This document shows positions 50,301 to 61,829 of a DNA stretch of 64,000 nt, piece by piece. The DNA comes from Macrostomum lignano. Lineage: Eukaryota. The stretch is taken from the NCBI GenBank assembly GCA_002269645.1, contig NIVC01000659.1, forward strand, positions 248,001 to 312,000. Reading direction: 5' to 3'. A program made the position numbers and the translations under genes. Below the pieces are notes generated by a model. It saw only the letters and a program-made list of their open reading frames with translations, did not search any database and was not told the origin of the DNA. Position 1 is the stretch's first letter. Every line of letters starts with the position of its first letter.

Positions 50301-51583
50301 CACAAAAAAACGAATGGGTTATTAAAATAAACAAATCACTAAATAGTGCATTCAATAAGTTATTAACTAAAACAAGCGTATTAAGTAATTAAGCAATTAA
50401 GCTTCAAATCACGTTACTACAAGTAGTGTGAAACATGTAGTATATGCAAATAAATCTGGCTACGCTATAGGTGCACCACAACAGCACAAACGGGCAACGT
50501 GGAATCAAGCGCACAGTAAGAACATGCATTTTCAAAAATTGTCACCTCAGAAAGATTTTGAACTCGTTTAGCAAATTCCTTGTTTGATTCCAGAATCTGT
50601 GACACCTCTCTCACATAGTTTGCATAGGGCAAATGGGACTGAAAGTGTGATAGTTATGAATTAAGCTTGTTAAAACTAATAATCAGGTGCAATTAGGTTA
50701 TAAGCGGATAAGATAAATGCTTTATTTGTGCTGTTATTGTGTGTGAAAAAACTAATCCTGAAAATTAAAGAAAATGACAAAAACCTATCATTAGGAAAAA
50801 CAGCACCACAAATGCTAGAAAAAATTAAATAAATTAGATGAGAAATTCTTACAGGTAAGATCGCCAATTCTAACTAAAGTTTTTTTATTTTAGACAAAAA
50901 ACACATACACTCATCTTGTGAGTAGAATTCTTGAACTTTTCCCATTCGGACTTGAAATGCTTGTCCATGTGCAGGTGCGCCATGACCTCTTCGACATATT
51001 TTTTATAATCGTCAGGACTGTAGGCCTTCTGAAAACCAGCAATTTTTGGCCCGCAATTTTTGCAAGCTTTTAGAATTACAAACTGCCAAATGGCATCCTG
51101 CTGATTCTGGGTTAAAGTTGATGTGCGTAACACACAGACAACCTAATAAGAATGACAAACTTTCTTAAAGAATGTTACTATATATAATTCATACATGTAG
51201 TTTATGTTAGACACAATTTATTTGAAGCTCTGAAATATAAAAAAGAGAAATATCTTCTAATAGAAGATACACTCGTAACTTATTTAATGTTTGAATTTTA
51301 AACAATATAAACTATGATTTATGAAGGCAATTCATGTTTGCAATGACTCTAGCAATTCTTGTCACGGTATCATTTTTCAAATGGGGAGTGTATAGAATCA
51401 ATAAGCAGATCAATCAGTGTGGATTTAATAAAAAACACAGAATCTTACCAGCAAGTCATCAGCTGGTCCTGGCTTCTTTGCCACAACAGTGGGCGCAGGT
51501 TTTTTTACAACTGGGGGCGCAAAACAGCCAGTCAGACAGCAAAATAGAATAGCAGCCAATGCAGCTCGATGACAGTGCATCAT
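44386..51583 (-). CDS. NUCB2: Nucleobindin (NUCB1/NUCB2-like) secreted/Golgi EF-hand Ca2+-binding protein with alternative exons
   Basis: Exons 51583-51449 (signal peptide MMHCHRAALAAILFCCLTGCFA-PPV), 51028-50909 and/or 50638-50546, 49245-48934 (AGDLASQLEFVDHSVRTRLDEIKRKEV...LDHENPHSFESSDLEKLI), 47744-47595 (YEMMKEH...HEKIHHP), 47059-46972 or 46598-46508, 46377-46319 (EF1 DVNGDGHLDVNE), 45923-45738 (EMERMRQEV; EF2 DTNKDMMISWDE), 45237-45142 and 44952-44386. NUCB1 versus NUCB2 is not resolvable for an invertebrate gene. Confidence 0.92.
45310..45712. repeat. 16-18-bp minisatellite (AGGCCAAAGGGACAAG variants) in a nucleobindin intron
   Basis: Direct inspection. Confidence 0.9.
46508..46598 (-). 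CDS. Nucleobindin alternative exon B (GSSEQLRDAWADEDHMDKDSFNPKTFFLLH), 91 nt
   Basis: CTAACAG acceptor, G|GTAACGGCTGAGTCTTT donor, phase 0 to 1. Confidence 0.85.
46972..47059 (-). CDS. Nucleobindin alternative exon A (GSLAQLMDLWTNQDGLSQEFDAKTFFNLH), 88 nt
   Basis: CAG acceptor, G|GTAACGACTGAGTCTTT donor, phase 0 to 1. Confidence 0.8.
47150..47515. repeat. ~29-30-bp minisatellite (GGTCAGCTGGGGTCATGAGGGTGACTGTG) in a nucleobindin intron
   Basis: Direct inspection. Confidence 0.92.
47838..48895. repeat. Two adjacent pyrimidine-rich arrays: 20-bp CAGCATCTTGTTATCTTCCT, then 19-bp CATCTCTTCCTCATCCTCC
   Basis: Direct inspection. Confidence 0.93.
49328..49612 (+). mobile_element. tRNA-derived SINE, copy 3 (diverged, truncated), antisense in a nucleobindin intron
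   Basis: Shares GTGCAGTCACATTAATTTGGGG...AAATTGGAATCT...AAAGTTAGGGCCGCTGTACACTCCTGTGTGAGTGTGTGCCTG...CTCAGGGGAGTC with copies 1 and 2. Confidence 0.85.
49755..50257. mobile_element. Probable hAT MITE with ~70-bp subterminal inverted repeats
   Basis: 49800-49870 is the reverse complement of 50165-50245 (CTACTGAACTGAAAGTAG...GAGTGGCCC...GTTATT); termini CAGGGG / CCCCTA; flanks AACTATAT vs GTCTATAT (6/8 match). Confidence 0.55.
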
Positions 51584-51619
51584 TGCAATATTTGCATGCA
51601 ATAAATTAATTTGCAAATA

Positions 51620-52461
51620 AGAAGCCTTGTTTGAACGTAGATTTGAAAAACCAAACTACATAGAATGTGTGTTGTGAAACGAGGGTGAAAAGCTTATGCT
51701 TGGCGCAGATCAGCCTGGAGAGGGGCTCTGCCGTTAGATATTGTAGGGGCCATAAGGTGCAAAGACTGATCCACCCAAGCCACCCACCAATGACAAAACC
51801 TGGGTATGCATGCAAAAAGATTGGAATAATAATTTTTTTGAAAATTTTGGAAAGCATATCTGAGAGCAGGAAACCCGAGTCTATAGAAGAGGGCTTTCAT
51901 ATTGGAGCAAGTCTGGGCAGCTTATTTACCAGGGGCAAGTCTCCTATTAGGTAGGCAAAGCACGAACCTATAGGGGTACAAGCCACTACCCAGCTCTAAT
52001 AAGCCCAAGCCAAGGGGTTGGAGAGGAGCACCAAAGAGCAAAGGGATACCGCACTTAGCCAGTATTTCCCGATTTGGGACAAACTCTTCCCCAGGACACA
52101 AATGTGTGTTAAAGGCATCCAGCTTCTTTTGCATATATAATACATCTCTAGCCAGGTTAACAATGAAAGAATAATTACTTTTTGTTTTTATTTGGTAAGT
52201 CATAAAACTAAGTTGCATAGCCTTGCATAATTTTGGACAGGCTAATATATAGGACATATAATTATTTTTTAAGAAATCAAAGTGGATTTTATTAAAGGCA
52301 TATGCACTAAATACTATATTCCCCTTGTTGCACTTGAAATGACATTGACAACCAGTGAGATGCACTATTGTCAGTTGCCTTGCTTTTAATAAATGGAAAT
52401 GCAAGTGCACAAGTATGTACATAGTCATTGCAATATAAAGGCACACATGAGTATATCTCAT
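51620..52461 (-). pseudogene. Decayed ORF of unknown, probably TE-borne, family
   Basis: One reading frame of ~270 codons broken by two single TAA stops (51922-51924 and 51694-51696), then a frameshift; Cys/His/aromatic-rich motifs GCQCHFKC, LARDVLYMQKKLDAFNTHLCP, NLFACIPRFCHWW, FHPRFTTH. Confidence 0.4.
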
Positions 52462-55400
52462 TGCTAAAAAGTGCTCTTTTTATCTACCTGCTTATTTCTT
52501 TTACCTCTTTTTTTCTTTCTTTTATTCTCTTATTTAGCTCATAGGAATAAGCTAAATGATTACTACCTAGCTCTAGAGATATCAAGGTTTGTTAGCCTCT
52601 ATACTTTAAGGAAGTTGGTATACCATGCACTAGAAAAAATTTTTAGCACAATCAGTGTGGGACTTTTATTTCATTTATGCATTTTTTCTATGCCAAAACT
52701 TGTAAAACCTAAAATTAAAATTGTAAATTAAAAATGCAAATTAGATTAGCTAATAATTTTTTACTTTAAAACAAATCTCTTTAAAAATGATATACCAAGG
52801 AACTTAATATCATGGTTATATAATAAGCGCATTAGAGACCTTTTGTAATGCAAATTAATTAAAAATAAAACATTTTTTTGAAAATATAATTTTTTATTCT
52901 TCAAATATAGTAGAGCATATGCATAAAAACTTCTAAATTAATATTAAATGGACTACTTAATCTTACAAGCTATTTGACTCAACTTTAAATACTTTAGTAT
53001 TAAAAAATATGATAGAAATTTTTTGATTTTGAGTAATATAAAAGGGTCAACAATTTGACTTAAAAGTATTAAGTTGAGAACTTATAGGTAGGCCTATTAT
53101 ATTACAAGAAGTTACAGATAACATGTTGTAAAGTTGTGTGGTAGGGCTGCTTGTTCTCATTGTAACTATCCCACTGCTACAACCAAAAGCTGTCCCAGGG
53201 CTCTCTATTTCCTTTATTGTTTAATCTTAATTGCTGCCACCAAAGTTGTCCTAAGGTTATTTTTTATTACTGATCTTATTGGTTTAGTTAGGTGCCGCAC
53301 TAGTCAGCTGTTGCCCTCGCCCTCGCCTCAGGCTTCTATCTGCCGCTGGGCAGTTGCCTGTCCCTCCCGCCTGTCCTCTGGCCTGTCCTTTGCCCGTTGC
53401 CTGTCTGTCTGTTTGTCCTCGTTTGCCCCTTTTGCTTTGTTTTCCCTTTTGCAATGCTGAGACATCTTGGTCTGGCCTGCCTCTGTTTCGTTCACTGTCA
53501 GGCATCTCCAAATTTGGAGTGCCCTCCTGTTTTCCTGTCCCACAGTCACAAGTGCCTTCACTTGTGGGCCTTTTCCCCTTGTCATGTGAGCTAGTCACAT
53601 GACAAGGCCTTCTTCTTTCTTTAGTCCAAAGTGCAATGATTTCATCATTGTACGCTGGGCTCGTGTTTATGGGGCGATTGGGGCGATCACGTGCGCCCGG
53701 ACCCCCTTGCCTCCTCTGAGGCAGGACCTGCTTGTTTGTTGCTAAAAATAGTAACAGTCACTCATGACTCTCAGCGGGGTCTTTCGTGCTATGGTGCAAT
53801 TGATCCTCTCTATAAATGCAGCCCCTCTCATGGCTTGGCTCAGACAAGCCTTTCCAGAACCCCTTCTTTCTAGCTGCGTTTTCAAACCACGTTTTCACCC
53901 GTTCCTGTTTTTGAGCCCGAGATTCTCTCAGTTCAAACTCTAAGTTTGTGCCGAGTTTGCGCTGAAATCAAACTCCAAGACTCCCGACTTTGCGTGTGCC
54001 TGCTTCCGTGCTCCTGCTATCAATTAGCAGGCCAGCTCAGATAGCCCGAAGCTAGCACTTTTGCTCTCACCCCACACTAGCCCGGCAAGGACTGCTGATG
54101 GTGGGCACCGCTGCGCGAGAACTGCAAAATCCGCACGGAGTGCGAGTCTCTCTCTCTATCATCTTAGTTATTTGCTTCTATGAGCTCAGCACCTTACTGA
54201 AGGCTGCGACTCTGTGAAGCTGGTGGCAGCACTACCAACGCTACTAGATCAACCCGGAGACTTCCCAGAAGAGCTCGCAAGGTAGGCAGCTCACGTGATT
54301 GATTGGGAAGTAGCGACAGGAAACAACCAAGTACTTCAGTTATTACTTGTCTATTTATTGGTTGCTTATGTACTTTTTCTAGTAGCATATATACTTCTAT
54401 TGGTAGTATATGTACTTCTAATATACTTTCTGGCCTGAGCAGTCTAATGGCACTATATCTCTAATTCTATATGTTCCCTAGTTTACTCCTCTAGGAGGGT
54501 TTCTCTCAGTCTGGGCATTATTGGGATCAGAGGGTCACAGCTTATTTGCTGGGTATTCTGTCCTAAGGCGGGTTTCTGAGACTCTGAGTCTGGATTCCTC
54601 TACCCTATGGTAGGATTTCTGCCTTCTAAAGGTGATTCTAAATCTGGGTATCTCATTCTCTGAGAACAGGCTGAATTCCCCCAATCTTGGTTTATCCCTG
54701 AGCTAATATCTACTACTTATAAATGAGTAACACTAAAACAATTCTTGAGCTTGACTGATTTCTTTTCAATAGTTGAAGGAGTTCAATGAACAGACAAGCT
54801 TAAAAGTGAGAAAACAAAACAAGGTTTATTTTCCTTGGCTTCCAGTGGGCTCCCTTTTATAGTAATGTTTTTTGATAAAGTTTATAACAAATGATAATAT
54901 TCAAAATATACAAAATATATTGCTTATAAAAATATTTATAATATTCGTACAATATAACAATAGTAGGGCCTAGTATTTTTCGAAAAACAAAATTTCTTCG
55001 AAACTAATGGCATAAAAACAAGGCCTATTACAGTTGGATATAGAAAATTTTATAATATTTAACTTTGGTAGAAAAACTTCATAGGTCTAGTCATACATGC
55101 GCAACCTCCTAAATTTGGTCGGCCGTGCGACTTAGTTTTAACAAAAATGCGACATAGTTTTCGGCCAAAAATGCGACTTACATGAAAAAAACCTGAAAGC
55201 AAAATTAACGCAACTTTGGGTAAACGGCAGGAGTAACTATGACTGTCTTTATTAAGGCAAAATGCTTCGTCAGCTACTTAATACTACTTTGGTATTTATT
55301 TGGGTGGGCATTTTTGCAACTTACCTTGGTTGGCCGCCAAATCAGTCATCCATATTGGCCAACTATTGTGCATATGGTTTTGACTCTTGTCATTCCTAAT

Positions 55401-55500
55401 CGTATTTGTACCCCATGTGGCACTAGAACAGTACACTTGACACGGAGTGTTTTAGGCATGATTGTACAGTGTAAGGTTGCAAAAGTGGGGAGTGGCAAAG

Positions 55501-57027
55501 ATACATATGGGCATTTCCGCCAAATAGGGACACAAATTGTGTCCGAGTGTGCAAAGAAGAAGAAAAATGTTGAAAACAGGAAATCTAACTAGAATTTGTT
55601 ATTAAATTTCTTTTTTTATCTTGTAGAAGCACAAGAAATTTTCTGGTAACAATAAAAGTTGCCGATAAAAGTTATACTGATCTAAGAAGACGATTAATAC
55701 CGTAGGAGCATAAAATTTTATATTGAGGCGTAATTGCTTGCTTATAATTAACTTTCTTTTAGTCAATAATTTTTTAATTGTTTCTTAATGCTTTTAATCA
55801 ACTTTTTAATTCAGATTTTGTTATTTTTGCGTATAAGTTCATACGATATTTTTTAACTTTGTCAAAATGTTTTTTTCTGCGCGATATACCAAACGTAAAT
55901 CTCTAATTTTACTTTTCAGTAACTAGCCGATCACCGTAATTATTCAGAAGTTCCAGTGCAACTTTGCAAGCAGCAAGAAATGCATATGCTTCCACAATCT
56001 AGAGAAAGTTTTTCTGAAGCAATATTACAAGTAAATGTGGGGAAAATTGATTTAGTACTATGTAAATTAATATCTACATACTATAGTGCAAAATGTAAAT
56101 TACATTTTTATTGATAAATAAACAAGAAATTAATGTGAAACTGTTTTATTTTCCAGCTTTTATACTTAATGATAGTCTTGTAAGACTGATTTTGAGAAAA
56201 AAAACTAGCGAAAAATAAAATAAAGGGTACAACATGAAAATACATCTCGTGTAAGTAGTGTGCTTACTACATTTAAATGTTAATATTTAAGGTATTTTGA
56301 CAGATTAAGGTTCAGCAGACCACTTTTTGTGAAGCTCTGTATGTCGGCAATCCATAAATATATCGTTTTCAGCTAATGAAAAGCACTAAAAAAAATTATT
56401 GGGTACAACATGAGTACAATCTTGTGGTTAAGATGTCACATCGAAAAAAAATTAATGTCTTAGAAAAATGTATTAAGCAAATTCTATTGCTAAAAAATAT
56501 ACTGATACATCATCGCAAAGATGTTTTCCTTCATTTAAGCTAAAAAACGTGTAGATTGAAAGCCTTATGAGTAAATGAGAGGGTACAACATGAGTACAAA
56601 CGATACAAAAACTTACCATTTATAATTTTTGGTATAGCAAGAAAACTGACAAAAATCAATGACTTCTTGCAGGTGTTGTGACGAAAAGGAATGATTTTAA
56701 CAAAGTTTAATGTGTTTTTTTCATGAAACAAAGAGAATTACTATCAAGAATGTTTTTTTCGCTCTTTTATTCAATGTTGAAGTTAAAAATTGTGTGTTTG
56801 GACATCCAAAAAAGTGGCGTCTACATAAGTTTAAAATGGTTTATTCAACATTAATTTTGCGATTAACAATCTTTAAATAGCTTTAAATTGAGCAAAAGTG
56901 GTTGTATTTTTCAGTTTAAGTCCTTGTTTGACTTCAATTAGCTGGCTTAAGCTACAATTCATCATTTTCTGTTTGTTGAAGTGTAATTTTCCGATAGTGC
57001 CTAATTGGCGGAAATGCCCATATGTAT
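55501..57027. mobile_element. Nested ~1.5-kb AT-rich non-autonomous element with ~30-bp TIRs (ATACATATGGGCATTTCCGCCAA)
   Basis: 55501-55530 is the reverse complement of ~56997-57027; three internal GGGTACAACATGA motifs; no 8-bp TSD seen. Confidence 0.6.
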
Positions 57028-57335
57028 ATATAGCTGTATGAGTATGATGGCATAAGCTAAGGCTAAGTCAATGCATGCAGCGATAAAAGCAGTCTGTAAA
57101 GCCAAATAGTGAAAGTTGACCTTAACTTATAGCACCTTGGCAGCCTATGCTGTCTGCCTGCATCTGATACGAGCATATAACTAAACTACCAAGGCAATTG
57201 GTTGTATTTACACTTACTTTCTGTACATGAATTGGTAAAGGTAAGGGCTTTTAAATGTTTTATTTATATAGTAATACTCATAAATCAATTTTATTTTATC
57301 ACCAAAATCATATACTCGACTTAATCTTTCACAGA

Positions 57336-60300
57336 ATGATGTACAGCCTTAGTTGTCTTTGCCTACTGATTCTAAGTGGCATCCTAGCTATCAATGGTAT
57401 TCTAGCTGAGAGTGAGTGCTCAATTGTTATAAATGAGTTAAATACTGATGAGCCTAATATTGGATCTCAAGAATTTTCAGAGTTCATTGAGCTGAAGAAA
57501 GTTTGTTCCACAACTGCAATGCTATTAGGATCAGTGCCAGTGAGACTCCGTGATTTTCTTCTGATTGGAGTTCAAGAATATAGCGGCGATTTTAGACGAC
57601 CTGTGGTTTCATTTTCTGCTGACTTCTATCGGTCCTCGGGCTTCAAAACGGACAGCAGTTTCTTTGTTATTGCATCAAAAGAGAAGCAGGAAGCAGCAGA
57701 TATGTTTTTTACCGATACATCTATTGGGTATCAGGGAAAAACTAGACATGGGCTGCCAAGTTCCGCTCCTAGCGGATCATCGCAGTCATCCATAATTGAT
57801 TTTTTCAAGTCTGCTAGTAAGACAATTCCAACAGAACCAAATGCATTAAAGAATGGGAATGGTAAAAGTGCTATGGCCATTATTCTCTTGTATCAATGAG
57901 ACTTTTCTAGATCAGAATCGGACAGTTCAAGTTCCACAACTGCCAGTAGCATTGGAAAACTGCGACTAGCTAAAATGCATGCAACACAAAGAAGACCTGT
58001 TTATGAAGATAAAATTATCATTGATAACTCATTAGCTGAAATTATTAGGAACAATGTGCATGACATGATCATCTATGCACGAAGTACACAAAATAACAGG
58101 TGCACATTTTTTGAGTCCATTTATCGTAGGCTAAGAGACAAGCCCAACTACATCTTAAAGCCAGCAAGAGAATGGGATGAACTTGGTCATGAGGACTATT
58201 CAATAAACCGGTGCCCTGAATCCAGCAGTGAGTTACGAAAGCCTTTGCTTTTTACAAGGTGGAAACTTGGACAGTTGACTCCAGGTAGAGAAAATGACTG
58301 CTCAGGTGCTCATTGGATTTTAGAGGACAATATTGAAGCCATCATAAATACACCTTCAAGAGAAGCAGGTACATTGGCAGACTCAGCATTAGCATCTGCT
58401 TTATCAGCAACAGAAAGAATCGAAATGCGACTAGCTCCTGCTCCAGCTCCATGTTCTGAAAGCTCACACCGTAGTGAATTGGCCAGGTCCTATGAATTTT
58501 CAGAGCAAATAGCAGCTAATCGAGATCATGCTGTTCAAACTGCTGCTGCAGAAACTTCTAATTTTTGCTCTGCTGCAAATGTACAGGAAAGAAGAGAGTT
58601 GTTGGAGAATGACCAGCAAACAAGCAAACTACAAGTGGAAATTATTAGGCAAGTAAATATTCAAAGACAATCAACGAAACGATCACTTTGCCAAAGTCCT
58701 ATTGTTGATTTAGATTCGAGCGACTCAAGGGGTTCAGGTGATGTTGAAATAGTACAAGTAAATACTGCAGAAGCAGGGCCATCGCAAAGAAAAATACCAT
58801 GCATAAGCACATCTGCAGACGCATGTCTAGCCACTTCAGCATCAAAGCCCTCATCTTCCTCTATGATGGGCGAAAATATTGAAGTTTTCCCTAAAAAGGA
58901 CTGGGAGGATACATCTGGTTTTCGAGAGGAGTGGTTACATTCTTTGGAGATGCACCAGTCACAGTAAGTAAATGGAAACTGACGAACTGTAAATTAATGT
59001 ATAGTGTATTGTGTATTGCACTTATTAGCATATTGCTTTTAGATACTAACAAATAGTCCAAATCCCAAAATATTCTCTAATTTGACCATTGCAGATCATT
59101 TTCAAGAAAATTTGTGTCACAAGAAATGAAGACATGGTTTCAATATGTTCAAAACACCGAAGATCTATCAAGATCTGGAATACAATGTTGGATCTGCAGA
59201 AAATTTTTGAATGCACATAAGAAAAAGGAGACAAATCTAGAGAGCCAACATAAGTTAACTTTTGCAACAGAACAAGGCTACATTCCCAAAGGTCATGCAA
59301 AAGATAGCGTACGAAGAAAACTACAGGAACATTCATCAAATACACTTCACAGTGACGCCATAAAGTGGATGAAGGAAAAACATACTTCAGTTCTTGCAAA
59401 GCAACTCAAACAGATGAATGAGGCCGCTAGACTAGCTAAAACTAAACGAGATGAAATAACAGCCCGAGTTTTGACAACAGTTTTATGCCGAAGTCAAATC
59501 TAATATTCCATTCAGTGCTCATCCAAATATGATTGATTTACAAGTAAAAAATGGGTTGGATATGGGGAGCCATCATAAGCATCGCAAAAGTGCTGCAGCA
59601 ATGGTGGAATCAATCAGTAATACAATGCATCGGACATTTGTGAATTACATTAAAAGTGCTGACAATCTTCCGATTTCTATTGTACTAGATACAACGTCTG
59701 ATATTCATTCAAACAGCTACGTCATGATATACTTCAGAGTTCTTGAAAACAGCCAACCTTTGATGTTTTTTTATCGGTTTAAACGTCTGACTGAAGTAGA
59801 GACTGGACGAAGCATTTATGAACTTCTCATCCATTTATTTTCGGATGACAAGCTAGAAGATGAAATCAAACGAAGGCTATGAGGGGTGACAACTGATGGT
59901 GCATCCGTAATGACAGGAAGTCGAGTGGGATTAATAAGTCAACTGAGGCCTTGGGCTAGCAAACAATTTTTTCAGCACCATTGTGCAGCGCATAAGTTAG
60001 AACTTTCAATCTATCATGCCTTTGAAATCTTCCCATTTATGCAACATCTCGATAAGAATATAAATTCTCTACACAAATTTTATATGAGCCACGCTGTTAA
60101 ACGTAAGGCATCTTTGGCACAAACTTCGGAAGCACTCAACTTGGTTTTCTATGAATTAAAAAGAATATATCGCATCAGGTGGGTTGCATCGGAAGTGTCT
60201 GCTCTTGATGTGATTCGAAAGTCGTACTACTTGCTTCTGACAAATTTAGAAAATATCAAATCACCTTCCTCAGGCTTTGATGACGAAAGTAAAGCAACTG

Positions 60301-61481
60301 CCTCTGGATTATTGAAAACATTGCAAAATGTCCGGTATTATTCATTACATCTATTTCTCATGGACATTCTAAAATTACTGGAATTTGAGTCCTTGCAGTT
60401 TCAAAGAGCCAAGGGTACATTTATTGGCTTGCAAGAATGCCACACTAACCTTATCCATTCACTAGAAACCTTAAAAACGAACAATGGTCCTCGCATTGTG
60501 GACTTTTTGGCTTCCTGCAAGTGTCGTCGAGTTTTGGGAACTGCAGATGGATATCCGCAGCTGGAATACCATTCAGGATGTCACACAAGAGACCTATCTT
60601 ATTCTAACTTTGCTTTTCCTTCCGGCCCTGGAAGCAGCGATCCAACAGAGAGGTTTGAGTTGAAGCAACCAGGTTCTGCTGCAGACAGATCTCTAAGAAA
60701 TAGATTATTTGATGCTAGTGGACGTGGCAGTGTTGTTGACATGGGAGCTTATCCAGCACTGGATGAGATTCGCAGTCGAATCATTGATAGCATAATTGAT
60801 CAGCTGCGTAATTATTTTCCTGAGGATGACTACTCAATATTTAATGTGCTCAACCCAGTGTTATTGCCTAATGCTGAAACATTACATACTGTCTTTACAT
60901 ACAGTTCGAGAATCATACCTCTTGCTAGACGGTTTGGAATGGAAGATGACAGCTCTGAATCTGAAACAGAGGACCATCTTTCTGATTCAGACTCTAGAGA
61001 TGCAGATGCTTCAGAACGCGCTACAGAAAGGACAATCTCTGGTCAGTTTGGTCTACTCCTAAAAAGTTTGATCACTTCGCATAGTGTTGACTTCTGTGCC
61101 TACAAAGGCAAAGGTCCGGTGAAATTTTGGAGTCACTTTCTAGAGACAAGAACTGTTGAATGGCTGCCCAGAATAAAGAATCTAATTATGGTTGTGTTAA
61201 CTTTGCCAATATCATCAGCTGAGGCTGAAAGAGGGTTTTCTATCTATAAGCACATTGCATATGACAGGAGAACACGCTTGGCACCAAAAACATTGGAGCA
61301 TCTACTACGGATTCGAATAAATGGGCCTCCGCTGATGAAATTTAAGCCGGATATTTATGTCAATGATTGGCTAAAAAAACACTGGCGTTCTGATGCTCCT
61401 GGAGGTCAACGGCAAAAAGAATCCAACGTAGACGAGGAAAATAAAGATTCTGATTCTGATTTGCTAAGTGGACTATTTTGA
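57336..61481 (+). pseudogene. Disabled hAT (ZNF862/KIAA1586-like) transposase with N-terminal signal peptide and LTD-like domain; 2 coding exons (57336-58963, 59095-61481)
   Basis: DDE/hAT motifs: SIVLDTTSD, TTDGASVMTG, HCAAHKLEL, RW, LPISSAEAERGFS, RRTRLAPKTLEHLLRIRING; zinc-finger-like WFQY...CWIC...H...H. Intron CA|GTAAGT...TTGCAG|A is phase-compatible. Lesions: TGA 57897-57899, extra T at 59481-59484, TGA 59880-59882. A 5'UTR intron lies at 57241-57334. Confidence 0.88.
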
Positions 61482-61829
61482 AAGTTTTTTATCAGTTTTA
61501 ATCTGCTACAATTTTAATCAATTATTACAATGGTACATGCATAATCATTAAGACTACAGTTCTTCTAAGTTCATATATAAGACCGTTAGAATCTTGCAGT
61601 TTTAATTTGCTAATTAAATATTATTAAAAGTATGATTTGCAATTGTAATAGGGCTGAAAAATTACTGCTTATAAGTTATTCTATCCCTATTTCTATTCCT
61701 TAGCCATTTCTGGCTTCGTAATTCTTAATTTTTCAAATTGATGCGTTAATGCACACGTAGCCTACACCCTAGTAAGTGATACATTAAATTCATCCTAAAC
61801 TAATCCTATCCTAATAATCCTAAAGATGC

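Noticed and set aside
50885-51133. Initially read as a Myb/SANT-like accessory gene of a transposon
   Set aside because: The YxxYVxEV...DKHF pattern, the splice phases and the upstream signal-peptide exon fit nucleobindin better.
51594-51608. AATTTATTGCATG on the minus strand resembles, from memory, the 3' end of a flatworm spliced leader
   Set aside because: Only ~13 AT-rich bases match, with no upstream leader sequence, GT donor or Sm site; probably chance.
57897-59882. In-frame TGA codons in the transposase as selenocysteine or programmed readthrough
   Set aside because: An independent frameshift also disrupts the ORF, and no SECIS-like element was recognised; simple decay is more parsimonious.
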